A DNA stretch of 64,000 nucleotides, taken from assembly GCA_036012755.1 (NCBI GenBank), contig DASCPX010000070.1, positions 128,001-192,000 on the forward strand. Direction: 5' to 3'. The translations under genes and the position numbers were made by a program. The stretch comes from Myxococcota bacterium (lineage in GTDB: Bacteria; Myxococcota_A; UBA796; CAJQPC01). The notes under the pieces were generated by a model that made no database searches, was not told the DNA's origin, and saw nothing but the letters and a program-made list of their open reading frames with translations. Positions 37,663 through 48,382 of the stretch are shown one piece after another (position 1 is the stretch's first letter; each line of letters opens with the position of its first letter).

Positions 37663-38598
37663 CTAGCCCTCTCCCTGGTCGGGCCAGCTCTGCCAGGTGG
37701 TGGGGCCCCCGACCACCCACAGCGGGAAGCGGCGGTCCACCAGCGCGTCCAGCCGTTCGGAGGCCGACTCCGGGCCCATTACGTCGAGGCGCTCCAGCGC
37801 GGTGATCAGCAGGGCTGGCGGGGGTCCTGACCGTGCCGCCAGCTGCTCCACCGCGAGCACGAGCTCCTGGGGGAGAGGCCCCGCCTCCGCGCACTGGTGG
37901 ACCGCCGCTCCTGGAGGCAGGGGGCCCAGCGCCACGACACGGAAGGCGGCGAGGGGTCCCTCGAGGGCTGCCTCGACGCCTGCCTCGTCCAAGCGGGTCG
38001 GCGGGATTGGCTTCGACGAGGGACCATCGAGCCTGCTCGGTCGCGCGACCGGGCGCCTGCTGGCCTTGAAGGCCAGGCCGCCCAGGACTGCCCCGGCGAC
38101 CCCGAAGAGAGCCAACCAGAGCCACCAGCCCCTCGGCAGACGCTCCCGGTCCAGGGTCTTCGCCTCGGCGCCGGGCCCGCCCGCCACGGTGTCAGCTGGT
38201 CCGCCGTTGAGGATCAGCCGGCCGTTGTCCTCGAATTGCACCCGGACCATGGGTTTGTCGCGGTTGCGGTCGAGCTCCATCTCGCCGGTCCAGCGCTCCG
38301 TCTCCAGGTCGATGGAGACGGCCAGCGTCGTCCCGTCCCACTCGGACACCATGGCGCTCCACTTGCCGTCCCCTGCTTCCAGGTCCAGGTCCTCGCCGTC
38401 GTCGACCACGTACACCGCGAACTCGTCGCCATCCGAGTCGACCAGGTCGATTCGGGGGGATCCCTCGAGCCTCTGGGCCTCGTCCACCACCTGGAGGAGA
38501 AAGCCGACCGGGTGCTCGGGGGGCACCGGTGGCGGGGTTCCCCCTGGGGGACCTGGCTCATCGGCGAGCGCAATGGCGGCGAGCAGCAGGCTCGGCAT
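37663..38598 (-). CDS. Single-pass membrane protein with N-terminal choice-of-anchor-X-like motif
   Basis: Signal peptide, VVDDGEDLDLEAGDGKWS, central TM helix. Confidence 0.6.
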   Translation of the reverse strand: MPSLLLAAIALADEPGPPGGTPPPVPPEHPVGFLLQVVDEAQRLEGSPRIDLVDSDGDEFAVYVVDDGEDLDLEAGDGKWSAMVSEWDGTTLAVSIDLETERWTGEMELDRNRDKPMVRVQFEDNGRLILNGGPADTVAGGPGAEAKTLDRERLPRGWWLWLALFGVAGAVLGGLAFKASRRPVARPSRLDGPSSKPIPPTRLDEAGVEAALEGPLAAFRVVALGPLPPGAAVHQCAEAGPLPQELVLAVEQLAARSGPPPALLITALERLDVMGPESASERLDALVDRRFPLWVVGGPTTWQSWPDQGEG

Positions 38599-38642
38599 CC
38601 GCGCATCCTAGCCCAGCTGTGGCGAACAGGGCCGCTTTCGCC

Positions 38643-39233
<591 letters not shown>

Positions 39234-39329
39234 AGGTCTCTCCTTGTTGCCGGGACGATAGCAGGCTTCCTCGGGGGCCGCGGCTCGGCGGCGCGAGCGA
39301 CGTTGGCCTCGCTCGCACCGCCGGCAGGC

Positions 39330-39716
39330 TCACTCCCAGCACTCCAGGATGGTCTCGATGGAGGTCTGGACGTCGTCTGTGGGCTGCGCTCCCCAGTCCG
39401 CCAGCATCTCCATCCTGGTCTCGGTCAGAGCTCCCTGCGAGGCCAGACCGGAAGCGGTCAGCGCCAGCAGCTCACGGCCGAGGGTCGTAGCGCGGTCCGG
39501 CACGCACTCACCGCTGGGGCCTGGGACGAAGCCTGGCGGGCAGTCATCGTCGTCCTGGGGCCACTCGCTGGTGTCGATCACGCAGGCGTCGGCGGGTCCG
39601 GGCTTCATGCCATCGGGGCAGCTGACCCACCAGGTGCCGTCGAGCTCGTCGCTGCAGTCGTTGACGCAGTCGGCTTCGTTGGCGATTGCGAGGGAGAAGA
39701 GGAGGGTGGTGAGCAT
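39330..39716 (-). CDS. Small secreted Cys/Asp-rich protein
   Basis: Signal peptide; CPDGMKPGP..AC and CPPGFVPGPSGEC mini-repeats. Confidence 0.65.
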   Translation of the reverse strand: MLTTLLFSLAIANEADCVNDCSDELDGTWWVSCPDGMKPGPADACVIDTSEWPQDDDDCPPGFVPGPSGECVPDRATTLGRELLALTASGLASQGALTETRMEMLADWGAQPTDDVQTSIETILECWE

Positions 39717-39760
39717 TGGGGCCGTCCCCGATTCGTGCGCCCCCTACAGCCCGCGGCGGT

Positions 39761-40560
39761 TCAGTCCGGCCGGCTGTAGAGCAGGTAGACCCGGCCGTCC
39801 GACCCGAAGGGCGCGGCGACCGCCACGTCGGGGTAGCCGTCGCCGTTGAGGTCACCGCCCCCTGAGACCGACCAGCGCAAAGCCCGGGTCGATGGCTCCA
39901 GTGAGCGTGAAGCGAGCCACCGACTCGATGTCGACCTCGCCCCCTGCGCCCATCTCCGAGCCCCGGACCACCCAGGCGCGTTGGGCCTCCCTCGAGCCGA
40001 TGAGCAGGTCGTCGGAGCCATCGCCCTCGAGGTCACCGGCCCATGCGACCGAGACGCCCTCGCTGCCTGCGAAGTCCTCGCTCTGGATGGCCCAGTCCGC
40101 GTCCTCGGGACCGAGGACCTCGCCCAGCCCGAGGTTCTTGCCGAGGAACACGTAGACGGAGCCGACGTTCGTCGAGCTCACATCCGGCGCCGCGATGGCG
40201 AGGTCGGCCAGCCCATCACCGTCGAGGTCACCCCCGATCACGACCTGCCGGCCAAAGCCCTCGTCGCCGACGAGGAGCGTGTCCGCGGACCCGAGGTCAC
40301 CCGAGAGGACCCCATCCACGCAGTCGCGGTTCGCGAGCAGCCCGTCGGTGGCGCCCGGGTAGACCCAGGCGTCGGTGTCGTCGCAGTCCCCGTCGTCGAC
40401 GCTCACGCCGTCGCCGTCGACGTCGGTCACATCCGTGTCGGTGTCCGCGTCGGTCTCCTCCTCCACGCAGTCGGGGCTGTCCATGCAGCCCAGGTCCTCG
40501 CAGTCGAAGTACCCGCCCGCGTCGTCGCCTTCCACCCTGCAGGCTGCCAACAGGAACCAA
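39761..40560 (-). pseudogene. Short FG-GAP lipoprotein gene, frameshifted near 39870 (start approximate)
   Basis: WFLLAAC, DCDDTDAWVYPGA, three GDL.GDG motifs with the last in a different frame. Confidence 0.6.
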
Positions 40561-40621
40561 AGCTTGCCGGAGGCTACCGCGTCCTCCGTTGTGTACAGCC
40601 GCGAAGGGACCAGGGCTGGGG

Positions 40622-42088
40622 TCAGCCTCCGTCGAGGCCAGCCCAGCCCTTGTCCGTCGCGTACTTCATCAGGACGGCCTCGCCCGCCAGGAGCTCCACC
40701 CGCAGAGCGCCGCCATCCAGACCCGCGCCGTAGACCGCGCCAGTCTCCGGATCGAGGAGCTCCATCCGGCTGTCGTCCAGCTCGGACCCGGCACCGGAGA
40801 AGTCGAACTCGAGCTCGACGGTCACCCGGTCGTGGGTCCACAGGGGCCAGTCCGCGCCCTCGTGGTTGCCGTTGAGCACCATGATGTAGCGCTCGCCCTC
40901 GTCGTCCTCGAAGAGGCCGACCACCAGATCCTGGAGCTCCCAGGCCTGCAGGTTCACGGCCTCGACCGTGCTCAGGTAGGGGTCGCCCCCGGTCCCGGGA
41001 GTCCAGTCCGCGTGGTTCTCGGGGGTGTACACGGACGCCGCCGGGATGAAGCCCACCCCAGTGCTGGTCAACTGGGTGATGACCTGGCCGACGTGGAGCA
41101 GCTCCCGGTTCAGCTCGGCGACCTGGTCGAAGTGCTCGGTGGTGCCCGTCCAGGTGTCTGTGCTCGTGAAGAACGCCGGCTCCAGGGTGTGTGCGCTGCT
41201 GACCTGGTACACGAACCAATGGTGGCCCGTGAAGCCGTAGGTCAGGCCCGAGTAGACCTGCCAGCGCAGATCGGAGATCTCTGGCCAGTGTGGGGTCGCT
41301 CCCGTGAACTCGAAGCTTCGTAGGTAGCGCCAGTAGGGCAGGCCGTGCTCGAGCCCCGCTTCGCGCACCGCCATCATGTTCTCGTACTCGCCGTAGTCGT
41401 AGCTGTAGCGGTCGTAGGACACGATGTCCCCAGCCATGTCGTCGGCGAAGTAGTCGAACATCTCGTCGATCTCCGACTTTCCCACCGAGAAGTTCACGAT
41501 GACCAGAGCGTCCGGATCTGCCGCACGGACCGCGTCGACTCCCACCCCGATCTCCCGCAGCGCTGCCAGGTCCTCTGGTTCGTCACCGACCTGGTAGGCC
41601 ACGAGGCCGTCGGCCCCCGCGCCCACGCCGCCGAGCACCTCGCCATTGGCCGCGCTCGTCCCGTCGTTCTGGAGCCAGGCGATGAACCGGAAGTCGCTCC
41701 CTGCGTGGGTCCGCCAGCCAGCGACCTCGGCGGGCAGCCCGGTAATCCAGACGTGGGCCGTGTTGGCCCCGAAGTCGTCGAAGTAGGCGTCGACGGCGCT
41801 GGCTGGGGGAGCGCCCATCGATGGCACCAGGCCGCTGATCACCATCGGGTTCGTGCGAACCCAGCACATCCCGGGTGTGAGCCCGTCGCAAGGATCCGCC
41901 TCGACCACCTCGCCTGTGTCGAAGGTGGGGGCGTCCCCGGTGTCCTCGGTGTCGGCGGGTGGGTCGCTGTCGGCTGAACCGGTGTCGAGGGGCACCGCTG
42001 TGTCCCGGTCGGGGGTCCGCGGGGACCGGAAGGGTGGGTCGCCAGCGGCGAGGTGCTCCGAACAGGAGAGCAGGATCAACAGGGACAT
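40622..42088 (-). CDS. Lipoprotein, putative glycoside hydrolase (TIM-barrel type)
   Basis: LLSC lipobox; YQVGDEP, IVSYDRY, LRWQVYSGLTYG. Confidence 0.6.
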   Translation of the reverse strand: MSLLILLSCSEHLAAGDPPFRSPRTPDRDTAVPLDTGSADSDPPADTEDTGDAPTFDTGEVVEADPCDGLTPGMCWVRTNPMVISGLVPSMGAPPASAVDAYFDDFGANTAHVWITGLPAEVAGWRTHAGSDFRFIAWLQNDGTSAANGEVLGGVGAGADGLVAYQVGDEPEDLAALREIGVGVDAVRAADPDALVIVNFSVGKSEIDEMFDYFADDMAGDIVSYDRYSYDYGEYENMMAVREAGLEHGLPYWRYLRSFEFTGATPHWPEISDLRWQVYSGLTYGFTGHHWFVYQVSSAHTLEPAFFTSTDTWTGTTEHFDQVAELNRELLHVGQVITQLTSTGVGFIPAASVYTPENHADWTPGTGGDPYLSTVEAVNLQAWELQDLVVGLFEDDEGERYIMVLNGNHEGADWPLWTHDRVTVELEFDFSGAGSELDDSRMELLDPETGAVYGAGLDGGALRVELLAGEAVLMKYATDKGWAGLDGG

Positions 42089-42148
42089 CGGATCTCCGAA
42101 GTGGGGAATCTGGATCAGGGGTTGGGGCGGGGACGAGACATCGATGTC

Positions 42149-43384
42149 TCAGCGCTCGAACTGCAGGTCCTGGACGTGGTCGGTGAAGTCGAACCAGGCC
42201 TCGGGGGAGCCCTTGTGGAAGCCTCGGTCCCAGAAGTCGCGGGTGGCCTCGATCTCCAGGACGCTCTCGCCGATGTCGCCGCCTGGAGTGGTCCACAGCA
42301 GGTCCGCTCCGTCCGCCCCCACGCCGTAGCGGAGCCCATGGACGGTCTCCACGTCGAAGTCCCTCACGCCCCTGTAGAAGGCGGCCGTGCTCGTCTTGTC
42401 GGCGCCCGCAAGACCGCGCTCCTCGTGGATCCAGAGCCACAGCTGCGCTTCTTCGATCTCTGCCTCACACGGAATCGCGCTGAGGTCTGTGTGGACGAGG
42501 CCGTTGTAGTAGTGCACGCCGTCCCACACCTGGGTGCGCAGCTTGTGGAGGAAGTTGGCCCTGCACGCGTCGTCGCCGGATGCACAGGAACCCGGCCCCA
42601 GCAGCGCGTCCGCACCCATGATGAAGGTGCTGGTGAGGGGACCGTCGACACCTGATGGCCCATCCTGGAACACCGACGTCGAGGACACCCCGTCGAGGCT
42701 CCAGCGCACCTCGAGGCGAGGACGTTGGGCCTCGACGTCCATGGGATCGAACCAGAACTCGCAGTCCCAGCAAGGGGCGCTCGTCTTCTTCAGAACGAGG
42801 TTCAGGTCCATGGTGTCGCAGGCCTCGTCCGCGGCCGCGTTCCAGCGCAGGGTCTGGCCGTTCGAGGTGTCCTCGGACCACATGTGGACAGGGTCGAAGT
42901 CCCCGCAACTCTGAGCGATCTCGACAACATGCCGAGTGTCGCCCGATGGAGTCTGGGCCACCGTGAGCTGCAGGACGGTGGGCGTGATCGGCTCGCCGAA
43001 GTCGAGCTGGATCCACTGGGGAGCGAAGTCCCCGGCGTTCCAGATCGTGCTGCGGTCGCCGTCCCGGAGCGCATCGAGGCCATCCGAGGAGCTCCCGCTC
43101 AGGGTGGCCCCCGAGATCAACGCGCCGACGTCTCCTCCGGCGCGGGACCCGCTGAACTCCACCTCGGCCCAGGCCACCCACGAGGGGCTCGTGTCGGTCC
43201 AGATGCGAATGCTGCGCAGGGTGCCCTCGGGATCGCCCTCGACGCAGTCGTCGTCGGGGGCCCCGCTGTCCGGCTCGAAGACGCTGTCCCCGAAGACATC
43301 CTCGTCGCGCGCTGGCTGGGCGGGTCCGGGATCCGGATCGCTGGTGTCGGGAACGCAGCACAGGGTGAGCAGGGTGAGCAACAT
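42149..43384 (-). CDS. Secreted protein with discoidin (F5/8 type C) domain and DNRLRE-like C-terminus
   Basis: AAGGAG RBS before ATG 43384; DGDRSTIWNAGDFAPQWIQLDFG; DLSAIP..AEIEEAQLWL; WTTPGGD. Confidence 0.65.
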   Translation of the reverse strand: MLLTLLTLCCVPDTSDPDPGPAQPARDEDVFGDSVFEPDSGAPDDDCVEGDPEGTLRSIRIWTDTSPSWVAWAEVEFSGSRAGGDVGALISGATLSGSSSDGLDALRDGDRSTIWNAGDFAPQWIQLDFGEPITPTVLQLTVAQTPSGDTRHVVEIAQSCGDFDPVHMWSEDTSNGQTLRWNAAADEACDTMDLNLVLKKTSAPCWDCEFWFDPMDVEAQRPRLEVRWSLDGVSSTSVFQDGPSGVDGPLTSTFIMGADALLGPGSCASGDDACRANFLHKLRTQVWDGVHYYNGLVHTDLSAIPCEAEIEEAQLWLWIHEERGLAGADKTSTAAFYRGVRDFDVETVHGLRYGVGADGADLLWTTPGGDIGESVLEIEATRDFWDRGFHKGSPEAWFDFTDHVQDLQFER

Positions 43385-43467
43385 CGCGGACTCCTTGGAC
43401 GCCGAAGCGCGAGGGACTCCACTGAGCAACAAGCGTGCCAGCGCATCGCTCCCGATAGGTTGGGTGC

Positions 43468-46400
43468 ATGGCGACGCTCGGACGCTCGAGACTGGACCAC
43501 AAACTCGCGGTCGGCGGAATGGGCGAGGTCTGGGCCGCGACCGATACGGCCACCGAGCTCCCGGTCGCGCTCAAGGTCGTCCCGGCGCTGAGCGCTCCGG
43601 GGGCGACGGCGTCCTTCGCCGACGAGGTTCGAGCGGTGGCCCGGCTGGACCATCCCCACGTGGTCCGAGTCTTCGAACAAGGCCGCTGTGCACAGGACGA
43701 CCCGCGCTGGCCCGACAGCCCGTGGCTCAGCATGGAGCGCGCCGCCTCGACGCTCGCCGAGGACGCCCCGGATCGGGACTGGCCCGAGGTCTTCCGCTTG
43801 CTCCAGGAGCTGCTCTCGGCGCTCTCCCACGCCCACGCCCGAGGGGTCGTTCATCGAGACGTGAAGGCGTCGAACGTGCTGCTGAGGGCCGATGGAAGCG
43901 TCGCGCTCGCGGACTTCGGCATCGCCCGCCTCGGGCCGGAGAGCCTCGACGCCGGCACCCCCGGCTGGATGGCCCCGGAGCAGCTCCGAGGTCAACGCGG
44001 CCGCCAAGGCCCGAGGACGGATCTCTACGCCGTCGGCTGCCTCGCCTGGCACCTGCTCACCCGAGCCCCCGTGTTCGGCGACGACGCCACGGCCCAGGAC
44101 CACCTGCATCGGAGTCCACCCGCGCTGACGCCCTCGACGCCCGTCCCGGAGGGGGTCGAGGCCTGGGTCCATGCGCTCCTCGAGAAGGACCCCCTCCGCC
44201 GGCCCGAGAGCGCTGCTCAGGCGGCTGCTCAGCTCCGGGCCCTGCACGGGCCGTGGACCCTGACGCGCCGGCCAGCACCCGCTCTCCGAGGAGTGGGCGC
44301 TTCCCTGGTGGGTCTGCGCCCGGTTCCGCTGGTGGAACGGGCCGAGGAGACGACGAGGCTCCGCGAGACTCTCCGGCGGGTCGAGCGCGAAGGCCGCGCC
44401 GAGGCCCTCGTCCTGAGCGGTCCCTCGGGCATGGGCAAGACCCGACTGGCGCTCGAGTTGTGCTGGTGGGCCCGGGAACAGGGTCTGGCGGCTCTCTTCG
44501 CCACCCACGGTGCCGAGGCTCGAGAGGGTCTCGTCGTCGCGCTGGCCACGTCGATCGGCGACGTGCCGGTGGACCGAGCCCTCGCCGCTCGAGGCGCTCC
44601 GCCACGTGACCGCAGCGCGCTCTCCGATCTGCTCGCCGACCCGACGAGCGTCTCCGAGGCCGCCCTCCGCCACGTCCTGATCGTTGGAGCCCTACAGGAC
44701 TTCGCGTTCGGCGGCGCCCTCGTCCTCGTCCTCGACGACGCTCAGTGGGCGCCTCGAGGCCTCGAGGTCTGCAAGGCCGTGGTGGGGAGCGCCTTCCCCA
44801 TCCTGCTCGTGCTCACGGTTCAGGACGAGGCCTCGCGCGGGGAGCCCGAGACCGCGGCGATGCTGAAGGCCATCGACGCCGAGCGCATCGCCCTGGACGC
44901 TCTGCCGACCGACGCTGTGGCCGAGGCCGTCCTCGGGCTGGACGACGCCGCCGCGACAGCGCTCGCGCAGCGCTCCGCCGGAAACCCACTGATGGCGGTC
45001 CAGCTGGTCTCCGACTGGGTCCGACGGGGTCTGCTGGTCCCCTCCCCGAGAGGCTACGACCTGGCCGAAGGGGCGGACCCGGGGATGCCGCCCGACCTCG
45101 AAGCCCTGTGGACGGGGCGGCTGGAGGGGGTCCTCGAGGGTGTCGACGCCTCCAGCATCGAGCTGGCGGCAGCCGGCGGCCTCGAGATCGACGCCTCTCG
45201 CTGGGAGCGGGTGTGCGCCCGGGCGGGCATCCACCCCGACGAGCAGGCTCTCGAGCGCCTCCTCCAAGCCGGCCTCGCGTTGCGCGATGGGGACTCCTGG
45301 CGCCTGGTCCACGCGATGGCCCGAGAGGCTCTGAACACCCACGCGCGACGAAAGGGCCGATGGTCCACCTTCCACGCCGCATGGGCCGAGGTGGCCGTCG
45401 ACGAGGGCCTGGCACCCGGACGGATCGGGCACCACCGGGTACAGGCCGGCGATCTGGAGGGGGCGCTGGCGCCCTTGGAGACCGAGGTCGAACGGCTCTG
45501 GCGCCAGGGAGCCTTCAGCGAGGTCTCCCGAGCGATCTCGCTGTGGGGCGAGGCAGCCGCAGGGCGGGCCGAGACCTCGGAGATCTTCGGACGGATGGGC
45601 CTGTGGCGCTGCCGGCTGGCCCTCGTGCGCGAGGGCGTCGACGCGGCTGCAGAGCGGGTGGAGGAGCTGGCATCACACGCGAACGCGCCGGACTGGGCCC
45701 TCGACGAAGCCCTCGATCTGCAGCGCTGTCACCACCGTTGGATGCGGGGAGCGCTCGACGAGGCCCTCGAGCTTGCGCGCAACGTAGCCGGGTCCTCCGA
45801 GCCGCGACTCGCGCTCCAGGGAGGGCGCGACACCGGCCGACTCCTCGCGGCCCTCGGGCGTCACCAGGAGGCTCGCTCGGCGCTGGAGAAGACGCTCGCC
45901 GAGGCCACCGCCAGCGGCGACACCTTCGTCGCTTGCGTGTGCCTGGACGGCCTGGCCGAGGCCTCCATCGCAGGCCTGGATCTGGAGGCTGTCAGGGCCT
46001 TCTCCCAACGTCAGGAGGCCCTGTGTTCGGCCCACGGGTTCCGGGTGTGGGAGGCCAGCGCCCGCTTCTGGCCCGCCTTCGCCGATCTCCTCGACGGCCG
46101 CCCCGCCATCGACGCCCTGGGCCGCTGCCGCGCTGAGAGCCAGGGCCTTGGGCAGCCCACCTGCCACACGGTCGGCGCGTTGGCGGTGGCTTTGGCTACG
46201 AGCGGGGAGTCGGACCGTGCCTTCGCGCTGTTCGACGAGGCGCTGGCGGAGGCGCGCGAGCTGGGGTGGAACGACACGGCGGGTGCGCTCGAGGCCTACC
46301 GCCTGGTGCTCGCCTGCGATGCCGACGATGTGACCTGGGACAAGGCGGCGCGGGCATGCGAGGCCCTCGTCGAGAGGACCGCGGACGCGCTCCTCGACGT

Positions 46401-46497
46401 TGTGCTCCGCCACGTCGAGGTGCAGGCCCCTTCGGACCGTGCCCGGAGAGCGGAGGCCCTGAGCGAGGCCCTCCGGCGGCGTCGGGGAACGGAATGA
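43468..46497 (+). CDS. Ser/Thr kinase fused to an AAA/STAND-type ATPase and helical repeats
   Basis: GGMGEVW, HRDVKASN, DFG, APE; Walker A GPSGMGKT; LVLDDAQW; SAGNPL. Confidence 0.9.
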   Translation: MATLGRSRLDHKLAVGGMGEVWAATDTATELPVALKVVPALSAPGATASFADEVRAVARLDHPHVVRVFEQGRCAQDDPRWPDSPWLSMERAASTLAEDAPDRDWPEVFRLLQELLSALSHAHARGVVHRDVKASNVLLRADGSVALADFGIARLGPESLDAGTPGWMAPEQLRGQRGRQGPRTDLYAVGCLAWHLLTRAPVFGDDATAQDHLHRSPPALTPSTPVPEGVEAWVHALLEKDPLRRPESAAQAAAQLRALHGPWTLTRRPAPALRGVGASLVGLRPVPLVERAEETTRLRETLRRVEREGRAEALVLSGPSGMGKTRLALELCWWAREQGLAALFATHGAEAREGLVVALATSIGDVPVDRALAARGAPPRDRSALSDLLADPTSVSEAALRHVLIVGALQDFAFGGALVLVLDDAQWAPRGLEVCKAVVGSAFPILLVLTVQDEASRGEPETAAMLKAIDAERIALDALPTDAVAEAVLGLDDAAATALAQRSAGNPLMAVQLVSDWVRRGLLVPSPRGYDLAEGADPGMPPDLEALWTGRLEGVLEGVDASSIELAAAGGLEIDASRWERVCARAGIHPDEQALERLLQAGLALRDGDSWRLVHAMAREALNTHARRKGRWSTFHAAWAEVAVDEGLAPGRIGHHRVQAGDLEGALAPLETEVERLWRQGAFSEVSRAISLWGEAAAGRAETSEIFGRMGLWRCRLALVREGVDAAAERVEELASHANAPDWALDEALDLQRCHHRWMRGALDEALELARNVAGSSEPRLALQGGRDTGRLLAALGRHQEARSALEKTLAEATASGDTFVACVCLDGLAEASIAGLDLEAVRAFSQRQEALCSAHGFRVWEASARFWPAFADLLDGRPAIDALGRCRAESQGLGQPTCHTVGALAVALATSGESDRAFALFDEALAEARELGWNDTAGALEAYRLVLACDADDVTWDKAARACEALVERTADALLDVVLRHVEVQAPSDRARRAEALSEALRRRRGTE

Positions 46498-47804
46498 CGA
46501 CGCGTCCCGTGACCCACCCCTTCTGGGCCGTTCAGACTCTCGAGGGAGGCCGGCTTCAATGCACGGGTGGGCCGGAAGCAGGGGCGCGCTGGGAGCTCTC
46601 GGGGGCGCGCGTCGCCATCGGCTCTGCGAGCGATGACGAAGTCCGACTGCCGCCGGGCTCCTGCGCGGAACACCACGTGGTCCTCGAAGCGACGGACCAG
46701 GGCGTCTCGATTCGCGCTGCGCCGGGGCAGAGCATCCGCATCTGCGGGGCCGATGTCGGGGAGGCGTGGCTGTCCCCTCACACAGCCTTCGTCGTGGGGA
46801 GCTGCAGGCTGGTGTTCGAGTCCCAGGCCGTAGTGCGGGTGCTCGATGGGCTGAACAAGGAACGAGCGAATGGACTCTGCGCGCGAAGCGACGCCATGCG
46901 AGAGGTCTTCGACGCGCTCGGCCGCGTCGCCCCGACCCCTCTGCCCGTGCTCGTCAGCGGAGAGACCGGCTCGGGCAAGGAGCGCGTGGCCGAGGCCCTC
47001 CACAGCCTGAGCCTCCGCCGCCGAAGGGTCGTCTTCGACTGCGCCTCGGCCCAACCGAGCTTGGCCGCATCGGCGCTCTTCGGGCACGTCGCGGGGGCGT
47101 TCTCCGGTGCGCATCGAGACCGCGCCGGCGCCTTCGAGCAGGCCCACGGCGGCACCCTGCAGCTCGCCAACATCGACGAACTCCCGCGCTCGCTCCAGCC
47201 GATGCTTCTTCGCGTCCTCGACGACAGGACCTTCCTCCCGGTGGGCGGGAACGATCGCCAGAGGGCGGACGTCCGCCTGGTCACCACCAGCCGTCACGAC
47301 CTCCGGAAGCTCGTCGCCGACGGAGCCTTTCGAGAGGACCTCTACTTCCGCCTCTCGGTCGTCGAGCTCGTCGTCCCCTCCCTCCGGGCACGCGCCGACG
47401 ATCTTCCGCTCCTGGTCGAGGATCTCCTCGCGGAGCTCGGCTGCCCAGGTGAGCCCTCCCTCGAGATCCAGGGGGCCCTCGCCCTCTGGTCCTGGCCCGG
47501 CAACGTCCGCGAGCTCCGCAACGTCCTGGCCAGGGCCGTCGCCCTGTCGGACGGAGGCGCGCTGTGTCTCGACGACTTGCCCGCGGCGCTTTGCGAGGAC
47601 CTCGACCCGCTCGCCGCGCCTCTGAGCACACTCCCCTGGCGCGAGGCTCGACGCTGGCTGACGGACGCCTTCGAGCGTCGCCGCCTGGTCGCGCTCCTGG
47701 AACGCTGCAACGGCAACGTCGCGGCGGTCGCGCGAGAGGCCGGACTGGCCGAGGGCACCGTGTTCCGCATGCTCCGCCGCCACGGGCTGGGGCGCTCTGG
47801 TTGA
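46494..47804 (+). CDS. FHA-like domain + sigma54-interaction AAA+ + Fis HTH regulator
   Basis: ATGA-coupled to the kinase; GETGSGKE, LFGHVAGAFSGA, FREDLYFRL, WPGNVRELRN. Confidence 0.88.
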   Translation: MTTRPVTHPFWAVQTLEGGRLQCTGGPEAGARWELSGARVAIGSASDDEVRLPPGSCAEHHVVLEATDQGVSIRAAPGQSIRICGADVGEAWLSPHTAFVVGSCRLVFESQAVVRVLDGLNKERANGLCARSDAMREVFDALGRVAPTPLPVLVSGETGSGKERVAEALHSLSLRRRRVVFDCASAQPSLAASALFGHVAGAFSGAHRDRAGAFEQAHGGTLQLANIDELPRSLQPMLLRVLDDRTFLPVGGNDRQRADVRLVTTSRHDLRKLVADGAFREDLYFRLSVVELVVPSLRARADDLPLLVEDLLAELGCPGEPSLEIQGALALWSWPGNVRELRNVLARAVALSDGGALCLDDLPAALCEDLDPLAAPLSTLPWREARRWLTDAFERRRLVALLERCNGNVAAVAREAGLAEGTVFRMLRRHGLGRSG

Positions 47805-47860
47805 GTGTCCCTCGACACCGCCACGGGGGCGTGCCGCGGGTGTGGAGCGAGCCGGGCCTC

Positions 47861-47930
47861 GAGGCCCTTCTCGAGGAGATCCTCGTCGATGCAGAGTGGG
47901 AGGGCCAGAGCTTCTCGGGTCTCGAGGCCC
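47861..47930 (+). pseudogene. Degenerate partial copy of the 48080 gene
   Basis: EALLEEILVDA-EWEGQSFSGLEA versus EALLEEILVDA...DWDGQPYSGLEA. Confidence 0.6.
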
Positions 47931-48079
47931 AAGGCCAACTCGCTGCAGACCTGGAGGAAATCGACCTCCTGCCCTGGCTGCGAGGCCCCGCGGGAGCCGT
48001 CGCCCTCAAAGAGAAGCGGAAACGAAGAAGCGCTGAGCGGAGGGCGCGCCGGGAGGGCCGACGGCGTTAGGCGGTCCGG

Positions 48080-48382
48080 ATGGACCAGGAAGCCCTCCTC
48101 GAAGAGATCCTCGTCGACGCCTACCGCGACGCCGAGCAGATGGTGGCGTTCCACTGCGCGGTCAGCGAGCTGCCCTGGCCACGCGAAGCCCGACTCGGGG
48201 ACATGCCCGTGACCATTCATGGCGTCGACTGGGACGGCCAGCCGTACTCGGGGCTGGAGGCTTCGGTCCGCTACGAGGGCCACTCCTTCGACGTCCTCTT
48301 CAAGGGCCTCGTGTTCCCCGAGGGCACTCTCCATGCCCTCCACGTCGCAGCGCATCGGCGCTGGCTCGGGTTGGACACGTGA
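48080..48382 (+). CDS. CcbP-like 'calcium-binding' family small protein
   Basis: EEILVDAY...EQ..AF....LPWP, terminal AHRRWL. Confidence 0.65.
   Translation: MDQEALLEEILVDAYRDAEQMVAFHCAVSELPWPREARLGDMPVTIHGVDWDGQPYSGLEASVRYEGHSFDVLFKGLVFPEGTLHALHVAAHRRWLGLDT

Noticed and set aside
39330..39716. Cys-rich small ORF as a RiPP precursor
   Set aside because: Has an ordinary signal peptide and no adjacent modifying enzymes
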